A stretch of 64,000 bases of DNA from Enoplolaimus lenunculus (Eukaryota), in the NCBI GenBank assembly GCA_030248215.1, contig JASANG010000611.1, positions 620,001-684,000 of the forward strand, read 5' to 3'. The notes under the pieces were generated by a model, which worked only from the letters and a program-made list of their open reading frames with translations, was not told where the DNA came from and ran no database searches. This document shows, in pieces, positions 25,216-38,546 of this stretch. Position 1 is the first letter of the stretch. Each line of letters begins with the position of its first letter. A program made the translations under genes and the position numbers.

Positions 25216-28200
25216 TCAAAACTTTAACATAATCGTATGAATATTAACGTGAAATCCGAACCCATTGTCGGCCGCACTGCGTTTAGCAGATTTCACCAGA
25301 GACCGCCATTTTGGTCCGTGTTTTCTAAATCGCCATGTATTGCGATGCTTTTGTGTCGCTTCGGTCATCGCTAATTTCATAAGTTGTCTATTATAAACTC
25401 GATAAAATCCCAGTGACATTGTAGAATTTTTAAAATTTTTCTCATTTTCTTGAATGTTAGCTGATTCTTGGTCTGGAGCATCCGGAACAATAGACGTTGG
25501 TAAGACGTTTGCATGAAACTTGCGGGCTATGGTAGCTTTTCCTGTAGTTTGCGAAGTTGCCGAAGTTTCATCGATGATATTGCGTTCAACACTGTCAACT
25601 GCAACTTGAATTTGAACGGCACAACCAATGCGCCCTCGTGCAACCATTTGATCTACTGCGCACTTGATTTCCGATTCGGTGTTTAAGTTCCGATTGACGA
25701 GCGAGTTGTAGGCGAGATTTACCTGTAATTAATTTTTTACTTTGAAATCTTCGTTAAGTTCACTATAATGGTAGGCCAATATTTTTAAAGGAGTAACAAC
25801 AGCCTTAATATTTCCAAGCCTTAAATCTCAACGTAGCCATAACCGTCCGCTATTATTCCGATACCAATTTCGACGATACCATGCAAATTAGACAAACTAT
25901 GCGCCTCATTAGCTAAACAGGCTTATCATTCCTACAATAACTCTAAAAGTAAACCTTAGGCAAAAAGTAGTGTAACGCTGAAGCCTACCATATTGCAGTT
26001 CGCTATAATATGAGATGCCTCTAAAGTAATATTGGCCTCAGTAGGCTTAAATTTTTGCCAGTGTTAATACTGTTGGGGCCGTAACTGTAAATTTGACATA
26101 TTCCATAGCCTATATAAGCCTAAGCATTGAAAGGAGTATAAACCTTAAAGCGTGCATAAGCAAAAATATAGCATAAAATCTAAGCCTATTTTTATGTAGT
26201 CCAACCAGAAAACGGGACGATCCTAAAAGCAACATGAGCCAAACATTTTTTGTAAATTGCTTTACCTCAACACAAACCGCATAACCATGTCGGCATTTTT
26301 GTCTCAAGTCATAGCAAATATCATCGACCAAATCTGCCAATATACGATCGGCATCACGAGCTGTTATCATTGCCATCGGAACGCAGTATGACGTTGACAT
26401 GATCAACGTACTTTTAGGCATCGTTTCTTGAATGAATCGTCCTCGATTGTCGGTTGAAATTGAACTGACTGAGCTGTGACCGGTTTCGATTTCAAATTTG
26501 GTTATTGTATCTTCTGATTGCTTTACTGCAGGTAAATTGTTAAATGTCTGAAATGTCAATTGCATTGTGCTTTTGTATCCAAAAACATGGTCAAATTGCA
26601 AAAAATAAATATAAGGCTCTTCGTTTAAAAAGGTAATAAGAACAGAACAGTGCTCATTTCATTGGTTAGTTGTTAAGATTTTCGGCCAAAGTTACTTTTA
26701 GGGGCGCAACAATAGATTAAGCGTATTCCTAAGCCTAAGCCTACGCTCAAGCGTTGCAAAAGTGTGTTACTAAGCCTAGGCCTGAGAAAAAAATGTAATC
26801 TAGAATCTAAACCTACTCTTTTACAGACCCACCAGAAACTTGGACGCTTTTAAAAGTAAAATGGGCCAGAGTTGTTTGTGACCTTGTCTTGTTTTGAGTT
26901 AGTTTTATGAACTGATATTATTGACAGTAATTTCTATGTATCGTTGATAATATATCTACTCAAATATCATACTTCATGCTTTAGGACATCAATTTTGGAT
27001 GCAAGACTTACATTTATTTCAATATCAAAGTTAGCATCGTATGTTAGCGGGTAAATTTTTGTTACGCTGTTTGTTGAGAACGCATTTTCGTTCGGTATGT
27101 CATCGGACGTACATGGAGCTTGCGATGGTTTTTGTCTATCTTTTGTACCAGTTTTTGAGGTTTGGTCTTTATTTTTCAGTGCTCTGTTGTCTTCTGTATT
27201 GCTTATTCCGCGAGGATTCGGCTGTTCGTTTGAAATGGATGGGCTGCAATTTGAGGTTGCGTTTTGGTTCGTTGAGATTGTGATGTTCTGCTTAGCTTCC
27301 GGGTCGGTAAAAACTTTTGGCTGATGGACTTGTGCAATATCAGTTATATCGTCGTTACTAGAATCGTATTTAAACGTGGAATGGCGGCTAAATTCATTTT
27401 CATCCTGGTCACCAGGCTGATAATTTAAAACTGACCGATGAATTTGGATCCAGTCGAGGCCAAATTGCCGTGAGCCGGCGGTGTCGGTTGTCAAGTCTCC
27501 CGAAACCTTATCGTTCGCGGGGTGAATTTGAAATGATCGAGAATGCGTACGTGTGACCCAAGTTGATTCGACTTGCGTTGATCCAAAATTATGGATCCGC
27601 GTGTTGTCAAATTCAACCCGAGGGGACTCGGGTTGGTTTTGAACACCGTACCGAGAAAAATCGATGCCATGCCAGTTGAGTTGAGCCGACTCCATATTCC
27701 TCAATTGAATATCAGTTGTCTCGAGGTGGTTCTGGTCAACTTGGATAGACTCCGGCCAGTTAAGGTTCATTCGAGGCGACTCGGGCTGATTCGATGCAAA
27801 CGTTTCCCAACCATAACCGGTGTGACACGATTCAAACTGACTGGCATTTTGAGTTGGTTCCGACTTGATAGACTGATGCTTTGCCAGGTCGGAATTAGCC
27901 TGAATCGACTCATACTGGTCAGAGTCAATCGTCGTCCGGCCGCTTTGGCTAGAATCACTCTGACTAAACTCGGTCTGGTACAGATCAACCCGAGTCGACT
28001 CAAGTAAACCTAGTTCAACTCGGGCTGCCTCGTGTTGATTGAACTCAATCTCAATGTCTTGTTCGAAATTAGTCGAGTCCAGTTGCTGCTGCTCGAGTGG
28101 TAAATCTGTTTCGATTTCAATGAATCCTTTTAAATATCGGAGCAGAAATTCAACCATAGCCGATAAAATCACAATCAAAGTTGAACTATAGTAGTTATTA

Positions 28201-28545
28201 ATCAAAGACCAATGATTTGTGGTTCTAGTTTCGGAATCATGAGATAAAATTATTGTGTCGCGTCTACGAGCTGGAACTGTTTTCAAAAGCGGTGTTGACA
28301 ACGGTAACATTATCGGAATATTATGCTGATACAATAATTAAGTATATATTCGTTTGATACGCAAGTTCTACAGAAATACTTTAAATATTAGATCTCATTT
28401 GCAATAAATTAGCCACTGTACGGGGTCGGATGAACGTTGTAGAACTGGCTAAGTTTGCGGTGGCGATTTAATACTTACAAGAGGTCGCAACTGGGGTGCG
28501 GACAGTTCAAAAGGTTGCCCTAGAGGAACAGTACAAATCGTTCCA
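25216..28545 (-). CDS. Unassigned multi-exon protein, largely S/T/Q/D/E-rich; converges on transaldolase
   Basis: Candidate GT-AG exons 28545-28479, 28325-27012 (1.3-kb open frame), ~26527-26266 and 25722-25216. The phase at the 27012 to ~26527 junction is unresolved and the 5' end is not defined. No family recognised. Confidence 0.55.
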
Positions 28546-29875
28546 CTGTTTAAAAGACGTGCTCAATACAATCTGAGCTGAATAATAGAACAAATAGTCA
28601 CTTTACAGCGTCTGTTTTTTTAATTTCCTTACTGAATTTAATAGTGTTTATTTGTTTCGTCAATTAACATGTAGTTGTGTTAACTTAAAACCATTCAATG
28701 GCTTATACAATATAGAATACCCAGTTGTCGCAGTATAAACCTGTATTTAAGAACAAATACAGCCTTCAAAATTCCAGTGTTTCGACGCTTATAACGTAAT
28801 CCAGTCGTCACAAGAAATCTGCAAAATTGGTTGCTTCCGTGTTGCCAAGCCTAAGCCCAAGCCTAAAAGTTGCCCATGCTTTATTCATTCAAGAACGTTT
28901 CGAGCTTTAACAATGCTAGCTTATCAAAAAAACTTGTGCAAAATGTTGGATCTGAACATTTCAACAACATAAAAGCAAATACTATGAAATCCATCGTATG
29001 CGTATACTGAAACTTGCTGTTTTTGACACGTTCATATTATAACAACAACTACAAAAATTCGTTGAGCAATAGCTTAACACTCATAGTTGGTGAACGTACT
29101 TTGTTGAAAGTGGGCATATATTGATAGATATATTTTTCAGATGGTCGTGATTCTGAGAACCCAACGGAGCAAGATAAGCAAGCGAACTTTTAAGATGTCA
29201 AATAAATTTCAAAACGTTGGTAAAATAGGACATAACGAGCGAAAGGTTGAATAACAAATGTTTCGAGCAGTTGGTTTTGTCGTTTAAAACTTTATTTTCA
29301 AAACCACCAGATCATCGGTATACGTATTACACGCGAAAAATTTCACAAGGGATAAATATATACCTATCTGAAGTATTTAGAGAAACAAGAAAAAAGGCAG
29401 TTTTACAGGCTTCAAAATAACCTACTGGACTTAGAGTTCAAGAAAATAAAGAGTTTACGCTGTTGAAATAAAATCCGGCGTACAATCGTGCACATAATTC
29501 AAATTCAAACAACAAAATACTAGAAGAAACTATATGATGTGCGAATCGAAAACTGGAGCACAGTGCTAAAAATACGAACTTTTGCAGCAATGTTTTTTGA
29601 AAACTACGCAAAAAAACACTAAAGTTTCATGCAGATGTCAGCCTATATACATTTTGTGCTGATTTAAAAATGTCATTGAGTATGAATTCGGGCGATTTTA
29701 AACTGTCAAAGATCATAACGATATATATGCGATGACCACACTTAATATTTCTTGACTGGCTTTCGTTTTGTGTTATACATTAAAATTGATTGTCTCTTTC
29801 TTTATAACAAACATGGCCCATGTGAACCTCGCTGCCGTTCCAAAATCCCACTATCCCATCATAAGAATTTGATGT

Positions 29876-30650
29876 GTGGTCGAAGGTGGGACTTTGGGAT
29901 TTCGGGATATGGTCGAAGGTTAGATTTCGGGATATGGTCGAAGGTGGGATTTCGGGATTTTGGGATTTCGGGATATGATCGAAGGTGGGATTTTGGGATT
30001 TCGGGATATGGTCGAAGGTGGGATTTTGGGATTTCGGTATATGGTCGAAGGTGTGATTTTTGAATTTTGGGATTTCGGTTTATGGTCGAAGGTGGGATTT
30101 TGGGATTTCGGGATAAGGTCGAAAGTGGGATTTTAGGATTTCGGGATATGGTCGAAGGTGGGATTTTGGGATTTCGGTATATGGTCGAAGGTGTGATTTT
30201 AGGATTTTGGGATTTCGGGATATGGTCGAAGGTGGGATATTGGGATTTCGGGATAAGGTTGAAGTTGGGATTTTAGGATTTCGGGATATAGTCGAAGGTG
30301 GGATTTTGGGATTTCGGGATATAGTCGAAGGTGGGATGTTGGGATTTCAGGATATGGTCGAAGGTGGAATTTTGGGATTTTGGGATATATAGTTGAAGGT
30401 GTGATTTTGGAATTATGGGATTTCGGGATATGATCGAAAGTAAGATTTTGGAAATTCGGGATGTAGTGGAAGGTGGAATTTCGGAATTTTGGGGTATGTT
30501 CACTGGTGGGATTTTAGCATTTTGGGATGTCGAGATGTGGTCGAACGTGAGATTGGATTTCGGGATATGGGCGACGTTGGGATTTTGGGATTTTGTAATT
30601 TGGTGATATGGTCGAAGGTTGGATTTTGGATTTCGGGATATAGTAGAAGG
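29876..30650 (+). repeat. G-rich minisatellite, ~33-bp unit GGTCGAAGGTGGGATTTTGGGATTTCGGGATAT
   Basis: About 20 tandem units, more degenerate toward the right; built from a GGGATTTY 8-mer; reverse-complement units at 58362-58390 and 58555-58672. Confidence 0.95.
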
Positions 30651-30799
30651 TGAAATGCTCTTAAACCTAAGCTTAAACCTAAGCCTAGACATGAGCCCAA
30701 GGCTTAGCCTAAGCCTAAGTTTAAAACAAAGCCCAAGGCTAACCGCCTAAGCCTAGTCCTAAGCCTAAGATTTAGGCCAAGGATCATTTTAAGATTTAA

Positions 30800-31030
30800 C
30801 TTGTAAAAAGGGAGTCAAATTAACTCTCTGGGAAATAGGCTTTTCCTGACTACAAGAGTCAAATTCGACTCCGCCAGAGTCAAATTCGAGTCCGCCAGAG
30901 TCAAATTCGCTCACTGAGCGTTTCAGTGAATCGAATTTGACTCTGGCGGAGTCGAATTTTGAGTCAGTTTGTGTAGTCAGGAAAAGCCTATTTCGGAGGT
31001 AGTCAATTTAACTCCCCATTTTTTGCAGTG
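30800..31030. mobile_element. Palindromic MITE nested in the 2.64-kb element
   Basis: Long hairpin of GAGTCAAATT subrepeats ending TTTTTGCAGTG-TA; same family as 34733-34952. Confidence 0.8.
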
Positions 31031-31052
31031 TATTCCTAATGTCTCGGTCTGG

Positions 31053-31638
31053 TGCGGAATTTACATTATAACGACGGCAGGTGGGACACTATTTGTCCCA
31101 TGTTGATACGACGTTAACGTTAAAATTCGGACTCTTATATAGGGTCAACAGACAAAGCTCGAATGCCATATGACATTAGCTTACAGGCCATTGCTCTCAA
31201 ATAATCAATGTGTACAAGGAACAGTATGTCGCGTGATACTGTGGGACATTTATGCGAATAAGTATCATATGATATTCCAAAATTTCAACGAATATCATAT
31301 GATATTCAGCGGGACAGTGTAATCTTTGGGTGCTGATAAATGAATGAAAAGTCACACGGCAGAGGCACAGATAAGCTTTAAATACCAAACACACGCCAGC
31401 AAAACGTTTCCGACAGAAAATCGCTTACAACCACTGCTTAATAATTCAAAAATTCAAATTTCACATTCTAGTATCATATGATATTCAACAGGACAATGTG
31501 GGTATGTTACCTCAAGCATGCAAACATTTGAAAATATATCCAATAATATTCGCAGACAATTGCGGACAAAATGTTTCCCAATGGTCTAATAGGGACAAAA
31601 CGTGTCCCAAGCTGCCCGGTAATAACGTGAACTCCGCA
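31053..31638. mobile_element. Second nested TIR element inside the 2.64-kb element
   Basis: Imperfect ~45-bp inverted termini TGCGGAATTTACATTAT...GGGACACTATTTGTCCC / GGGACAAAACGTGTCCC...ATAACGTGAACTCCGCA; it interrupts the GCCTAA tract. Confidence 0.6.
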
Positions 31639-32325
31639 TAAGCCTAAGCCTAAGCCTAAGACTTAGCCCAAGTGTTATTCAAGATCAAACCTATGTTTGT
31701 GTAAAACCTATTTATAAAGCCTCGGCTTAAGCCTAAGCCAATGCTATCTGTGGTCTAATCTACGCTTAAACCAAAGCCTGTTCCTAAAGCATAAGCCTAA
31801 AGTTAAGTGAAAGCCTAAACCTAAGCCTAATGCCTAAGCCTAAGCGTATGGGTGAGTCTATTGTTAAGCTTAAGCCTAAGCCTAAGCCAAAGCTAATGGA
31901 TGAGCCTATTCCTAAGCTTAAGACTAAGCCTGAGCCTAAGCCGAAGCAAAAACTTACTCTAAAGCTTAATCGGACTCTATTATATCCCCTCCGAAAAACG
32001 ATCCAGCCCTGTCCTATACATGGGCCCCTAAGATTTAGCTCGTAATGGTCATTTATGATTTAATCTACGTTTAAACCAATTCCTCAAGCCTCAGCGACCT
32101 AAAACTATGCCTAAGCCTAGGCCTAAGCCTGAGCCGTAGACTATTAAGTCAAAGCCTACGCCTAAGGCTAAGGCACCTCAAAAATGTATACCTAAGTTTA
32201 ACACCGTATGTTACGGATAAACACCTAAAAACCTAAGCCTAAGACGGATCGTTGCATATTCCTAAACCTAAATCTTGAGCCAAAGGATTACATAATTGTA
32301 ACTCTAAGCCTAAGCCTAAGCGTAA
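31639..32325 (+). repeat. Degenerate (GCCTAA)n tract, the complement of the nematode telomere repeat TTAGGC
   Basis: Runs such as AGCCTAAGCCTAAGCCTAAG mixed with variants; continues the tract at 30660-30780; TTAGGC-strand counterpart at 57855-58545. Confidence 0.85.
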
Positions 32326-33925
32326 GGAATTGCTATATGAATTTTATTGAAATCGCAAAATCCCAACATCCCAAAATCCCACCACAAAAAAACAGTATCA
32401 ATTTTTTAGTTGGGACGATGGGATTTTGGGACGGCACTCAACTATACATGGGCCACAAACATGAACATGGTAACTATATGGGACTGATTCCTGCCTACTA
32501 CGCCTAAGCCGAAACCTAAGCCGGTCGATGATTAAAGCTTAAACTTACTCTATTGCAGTCCCGCAAAAAATGTTCCGCCCTAATCTTTAGGTGGACCACA
32601 TAAGCCTAAACTTAAGCGTAAACATAAACCTAATCAAGCCTAAACCTAAACTTTTCAGACTCGAAGTTCTTCAGTGCCAATTACCCACGTATCCCAGTTT
32701 GCAGGTTCCTAAAATTTTACATAGGTTACAGACGTTGACTGTAAACTATAGAGAGAATAAATTTGTACGAAAGCAGAATCGGTCGGTCCTTGGTGTTGGT
32801 TGAACCATAATGCTAGATGTTTTGAACTACTGACAATCAATCACCACGTCAAACTAAATTGTCCGAATCAGTGTTAAATCTAGCGCTTTCAATCTATATA
32901 TTAAAGCTGGAACGCCCGAAATACGTATTTTGGACAGCGTTCCAGTAGAATGCAGATTTGCTTTTATACTTCTATGTGAAAAATTCTGAAGATTAGAAAT
33001 TTTTGCTTACCTACTGTTTCTTTGTGTTGTTTTGTTCTATAAGATGAAGCCTGTATGTTTATGCGTATATTTTAACATGTATGTATTTGTATATATTCTT
33101 AAACAAGCATCCATTTGGGACGCGTATATTTCTATGCGGATGGTGGATCCCGGGGTCCATTATTCCTAGCTCACCCACACAGGGTAAAAATTTGTATTGA
33201 AATTGAATACGCAATTGTCAATCAAGTTTCATGACTAAAACACAGTCTTGCTTGAACAAACCCTTTTAAACAAATGCCAAAACACAGTTTACGTTAAGAG
33301 AGTTGCACATGTGTGCAACTACGGATACTAGTATATTGTAACTGTAATCAGGGGTGTAACTAGTATTTTGAAAACCACTGTCACGTCTACTAGCGGATAC
33401 AGGGTGGAGGGCGTGGGGCGTACGCCCCCTCCGTCAGAAATTTTTTGTGACAAAATGATAAGGTCCACTTTACAGTTTTCCCCTCAGATTTTTTTGTAAA
33501 AAAAGACAAGGTTCCTAATTTTTCCCCCAGAAATTTTTTTGCGCTAAAATGATAAGTTCTTTTAAATTTTACAATTTTCGCCATCAGAAAATTGTTTGGC
33601 GATAAAACGATAAGGTCCCTACCTTACAATTTTTCCAGCTCAGAAAATTTATTGGTGATAACATGATAAAGTCACGACCTTACAATTTTTGCATTTCATA
33701 ACATTTGCCACCCCTGCCCCCCGTCAGCAATTCCTGGATCCACCGCTGGCCACGTTGTATGAAAATTTTCGAAAAAGGTTATTGTGTTAACTTCAAAAAG
33801 TTCCAAAAGCCCTTTGGTAAAAAGCGAATAGTAAGCGGGAGTTGAGGCCTAAACCACCCTTTGGCTACACCCTTGACAGTGACCTATACAGTTGAATACA
33901 TAAGCATCCAGACTTTCGTAAATTG

Positions 33926-35179
33926 TCATTTCTTGCCACCCCACAGTCCACCAGAAAACCCAGCTTTCAGTTTTTTATCGTTACCCGCAGAGCTTTTCGC
34001 TGTCAGTGAAAACCCGCGTCGATCTTGACTAACACATTGGCCAATAATCGCAAGTGAAATCCCAAAAACACAACATCCAAACATTAAATAAAACACATAT
34101 GTTGGCGGTGCTTTATTGTTTAACTTTTTCCGCTCATAACTTCTACCGAACGTCGGATCGTTAAAATCAGTTGTTAGAAAATCATCTTCTAAGCCGTCGG
34201 CAAAATGTGATGGCCCAGCTAAGTCGAACCCATTTGCGTAGAACTCTTCAAACGCGTCCAGTTCAGCTGCAACTCGCTGTTCTTCGAGCAGGATTCGAAT
34301 GTTTTCAATTGTATCCATAAGTGCAGTTGGTATGACTTTCTCACGGTACCGGTGATAATCACGTGTACGTGGATCGGCAAGACGGCTAGCAAGTTGGCGT
34401 GGGAACCCGAATCCGTGACGAGACAGAAACCGGTGGCTAAACGATGGAAATACCCGGGGAGCGTCAGGAACTACCAGCTGTTCACGCGTTGATGGAACAA
34501 CCCAAGCTTCAACTGCTAATAGCATAACGTCAATGGCGCAATTTTTAGCCTGTTGGCGTTTTTGAAGGCCGGCAGGCGGCGACCATATTTCTCGCAGCAT
34601 GGCGGCGATTGTATGACCTGAATCTTCTATAGTTGTGTGCATATTGAGATATGTTGCGTTTGGAAGATCGCGACGCCATAGTTGAAACATCTAAAAGCAA
34701 TAATGCACAATTCACAATAATTTTGCATTGTACACTGCAAAAAATGGTGAGTCAAATTGACTCTCTCCGAAATCGGCTTTTCCGTACTACACACACTGCG
34801 CCAAATTCGATTCCACCAGAGTCAAATTTGACTCGATCAGCAACTCGGGTGAGTCGAATTTGACTTTAGCGGAGTCGAATTTGACTCAGTTTGTGTAGTC
34901 CGGAAAAGCCTATTTCTGAGAGAGTCAATTTGACTCACCATTTTTTGCAATGTATGCGGGGCTTGTGACTGTTCAACGCGTGATTTGCACAGTACAGCGA
35001 ACGACTGTACCGAGAAGGTAATGTTGCAGAAGCGCTCCCCTACACAATTCGGATTCATACTGTTTAGTAAACACACTGCAGTATTGAAACCACTGCTAAC
35101 GGTTGCGTCTGGACGAACTACGTTTTGGTCGTTCCGCGTATCTTTTCCATAATCACGGACGACTTTTACAGAAACTGCA
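33926..35179 (-). CDS. Unassigned single-pass membrane protein (at least 2 exons; 5' end unresolved)
   Basis: Exon 35179-35011 (AVSVKVVRDYGK...CVGERFCNITFS) splices in phase 0 to 34690-33926 (254 codons); C-terminal hydrophobic segment YVFYLMFGCCVFGISLAIIG followed by a short basic tail. Confidence 0.6.
34733..34952. mobile_element. Palindromic MITE with CACTG terminus and TA flanks, intronic
   Basis: TA-CACTGCAAAAAATGGTGAGTCAAATTGACTCTC ... GAGAGTCAATTTGACTCACCATTTTTTGCAATG-TA; nearly fully self-complementary. Confidence 0.85.
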
Positions 35180-36223
35180 CTGTAAAATTGAAAAATAACC
35201 TTGTTTTAAGTAAAAAAAATTTCTCGGAAGTCCAAAAGCGTTTGTGTTGCCGCTGAAATAGTGTTTTAATAACGCTAAAAAGTGTTCATAGCGTTTATGT
35301 TAACAGTCAAAAACACATTTATGAAAGACGCTGTTCGAAACGCGAAACTGATTAAAATAGCGTTGTATTTTTGACAAATATTCCATTTGAAAAATCAAAC
35401 ACTCATAATACTCGACTGACATACCGCACAGGGATCGTCTTGACTGAATTCCAAAACTTGCGTTACGCTAAGCAGTGACAACCGTCTGACTGCAAGTATT
35501 GCAACGTTGACGCTATGACTAGGTATTGAATGAGATTTATCTGAAATAAAACCCGTTATACAGTACGGAGCAGGGGGCGGATCCCGGACCTAACCAGGCC
35601 TCGAGTCCAGTTTGTCTAGCAGCTCCCACAAAAACAAAAAACACGAGTCACCGTGAATTAAATACCAAATGCTATGAGAGCGTAGGGACTGCCGCTGGTT
35701 GTTTGAAAATTCAGTTGTTGGGCAATGTCGAAAAATTTTAGTTTCTGAATGATCATTTCTCAGAAATGGTTTTGAAAAATGAGCAGCAACCTAAATATTA
35801 TATTTAAACATAACAGTTAATTTAGGTGCAAAGATTTTTTAAATTCACCTCATTTACAGTAAAAATCAGAGTCTGCAATTAAACAGGTAAACTATATGTT
35901 CACTTTGACAAAAGCAATATTCTGTGTGATTCCTGAAACCCATTGTATTAGCTAAAAATAAAATTTAGAAAAATATTCCATTAATGCGATACTCACTTTC
36001 AATTAGTGTAAATGCGAACAAAAAGTGGCTTATACAACTACCCCAGAAAACTTGACGTTGAAAGTTTAGTGACAATTTTTTGGTACTGCCAAGTTTAAGG
36101 GTAGACTTAACACGTTTTCATGGGTTTTTATATTATAGTGTAACCCTAACGGTTTGCACACAAAATTTTGTGCCAAGTGTTAGGACAGCCCTAAGTCACT
36201 TTTGGTTCTTTATTACACATAAA

Positions 36224-36601
36224 TTAAAGTGAATATTGCATACATAAACGAGACAGCAACTCACTATCGTAGCACTCTTCGCTTATCGACCGAGATTGTA
36301 GTCGTCGTGCAAGCCGTTTCACTTTGTGGTGTGTTTTGGTGATATTTCTTTGGCAAGTGCAACTTGTTGCATTCAGCAATTCAAGCCGATTTAAAATTGC
36401 CGTCGTGGACGCATGAGGCAGTAAAGTTCTATCGGGTGAACAAATTAATGGAGATCCTACACGGCGTGACGTACTATATACCGATCCACAAAACGCTGCT
36501 TTGTTGCGTTCGTTATGAAAACTGTGTCTACTGTTGCATAATTCACTCGGGTCATAAATTGGCGCATATCGGTGTGGTACGTCGCCACTTGGTGTTGCCA
36601 T
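36224..36601 (-). CDS. Possible small ORF or terminal exon (125 aa from MATPSG), no recognised family
   Basis: Part of the open frame 36224-36805; GC-richer than its flanks; no motif recognised. Confidence 0.3.
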   Translation of the reverse strand: MATPSGDVPHRYAPIYDPSELCNSRHSFHNERNKAAFCGSVYSTSRRVGSPLICSPDRTLLPHASTTAILNRLELLNATSCTCQRNITKTHHKVKRLARRLQSRSISEECYDSELLSRLCMQYSL

Positions 36602-36984
36602 AGTCGCCGGTACTATGTGAAACGCGACTAGGAAGTTCAACAGAAAAGTTGTGCTAGATACTAGCAACAGCAATGACTGAGAAGTTACTATTTGAATGGT
36701 TTGTTTTGGAAACAAAAACCAAGAAATCAAAGATCGGAATACACTATGCTGCCTCCTGTGTAAGAGATAGTTTCTGGAAACGTCGTTACTACAATAATAG
36801 TTCATTGAGAGGCTGTGGAATTTTTAAAGGGTCATATTTAATGAATTAATTTCCACTTGTATAGAACTTATCTGTATAATCAGATTGAGTCAAAGACCCT
36901 GACCCTAGTGTTGCGTTAATTATTTTTTCTGAAATGGCAGATTAATATTTAAAATTAAAAATTACAATCGAGCCAAACTGAATA

Positions 36985-37435
36985 CTGTAGTGACCCGAAT
37001 AAGATGGTGTGGGGTAATAAGAGGGGGTCCCCATTTTGAGTCCCAATCAATAGGAGTCCGTATCTCTAATAAGAGTTCGTAAGCGGATAGAGTCCCTAAA
37101 TCAATTAGAGTCCACGAATTTTAGTTATTCCTAAATGTAGTGCGTAAATGACTCCAGGACCAAATAAAATTGAGTTCGAATCTTTAAGGCGTACTTAAAT
37201 TTTGAAAGTACATTCCTAAGTATAATATTGCATTATCGCTCAAGCTATTGATTCAAGACCAATAAACGTTTTATTTAACAGATAGTTGCATTGCAACACC
37301 GGATATATGTCAGTAACGAAGGGCGGCGGAGTGCGGCTTTAAAATAAATAACAGTCCGTAACCGAATAACTAGGTGAAGTACCCTCAGGAGAGGCCAAAT
37401 AAATATCAGTCCCCCTCTTATTCGGGTCACTACAG
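36985..37435. mobile_element. TA-flanked (Tc1/mariner-type) MITE, copy 1
   Basis: Perfect 20-bp TIR CTGTAGTGACCCGAATAAGA with TA on both sides; other copies at 57146-57593 (inverted) and 43950-44362 (diverged). Confidence 0.85.
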
Positions 37436-37544
37436 TAGTGTATTTAAAATTTCCGTATCCCCCCAATTTTATCGAACGCTCGATATGTGTTAGAGATCAA
37501 CGAACACAAACCTAAGATGCTTGGAAGTCAACTAGTTCATTTAA

Positions 37545-37807
37545 TCCTTTCTCACATGAATATTTTCTATTTCCCCTGAGACCTACTTTTATGCTAGGAT
37601 TCGAACTCCAGTGACAGGAGTGGGAGGCGAATACCAGTACCACTCAGCTATAGGAGCTTGACGCTCGAGCCCGAGGGGGCTCTCACGTCTTGTGGTGATT
37701 TAGTACTGTGTATACGTGTTGCAATTGTTAAACACGGTGCGATATATACTATTTAACGTATATACACTGCGCTGAGTTGCCTAAAGGCAACTCAATGTGA
37801 TAAGGGG
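37545..37807. mobile_element. piggyBac-type MITE, copy 2
   Basis: TTAA at 37541-37544 and 37808-37811; near-identical to 8406-8667; an older relative lies at ~43607-43870. Confidence 0.85.
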
Positions 37808-38546
37808 TTAAAGCATTCACTAAAGGACTTGTGTCAAAAATACAATACACTTTTGAGTTTTTATAAAGCATTTATACATTGTGGCGCTAAAAATTCCAAC
37901 AAACGCTAAAATCGTTTAGGTAATACAAAAAACACATCTCATGACTTCACACAAAGGTGCAACCGAAGGTGAAAAATACCGGTCGACAAAACTTGCCGGA
38001 GCCGGAAGCGAGGAGAAATTAGGTAGTTAAAATGATGTTTTTTGTTAATTTTAGCAAACATCCGTTGCGTTTAAATCGTTTGGTTTTACGCTTATTTTGT
38101 ACAAAATCTCGATAGTTTTTTCTCAAATTTGTGCCAAAAGTAAAAATGAAACGCGCGAAACAGATAAATTTTGTAAAACGATGCAACATTTGACTACCGA
38201 AAGTGCCGGAACCTCCGGCAAAAATTCTACCGGAGCCGGAGGCAGACCTCCTGTTGTACCCTGATTCATACCATTATCTCACGCCGGTAATCAGCTTAAC
38301 TCGATTGAAAGGAGCTGAATATTTTTCAGAGGGGAGCGGCCGTGTAATTCAGATGAAAGATGAATGCCGTTTAATTTGAAACAGTATTTTGGTTGCGTAC
38401 ACATTGCATTTGTGTTTTTGTAACTCGGACATACTTTCGAGACACTACCTAAATGACAGAAAACAACTGTGTAACTAACAACTGACATCTTGGCTAATAA
38501 TATTTCATTTTACTCTTGAACCTCCACCAAAACAAGACCGTGTTGT

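Larger units (their letters stand above)
29815..32454. mobile_element. 2.64-kb non-autonomous DNA transposon (GGCCCATGT termini, 8-bp TSD) carrying a satellite and telomere-like repeats
   Basis: Perfect direct repeat ACAAACAT at 29807-29814 and 32455-32462; imperfect ~42-bp TIRs GGCCCATGT...TGCCGTYCCAAAATCCCA; second, truncated copy from 57723. Confidence 0.85.

Noticed and set aside
29752..30700. ORFs with repeated GILGFRDMVEG or RRWDFGISGY; CRISPR-like periodicity
   Set aside because: These are translations of the 33-bp satellite; there are no unique spacers or cas genes and the context is eukaryotic.
31830..32045. PKPKPK-rich ORF
   Set aside because: Translation of the GCCTAA hexamer tract.
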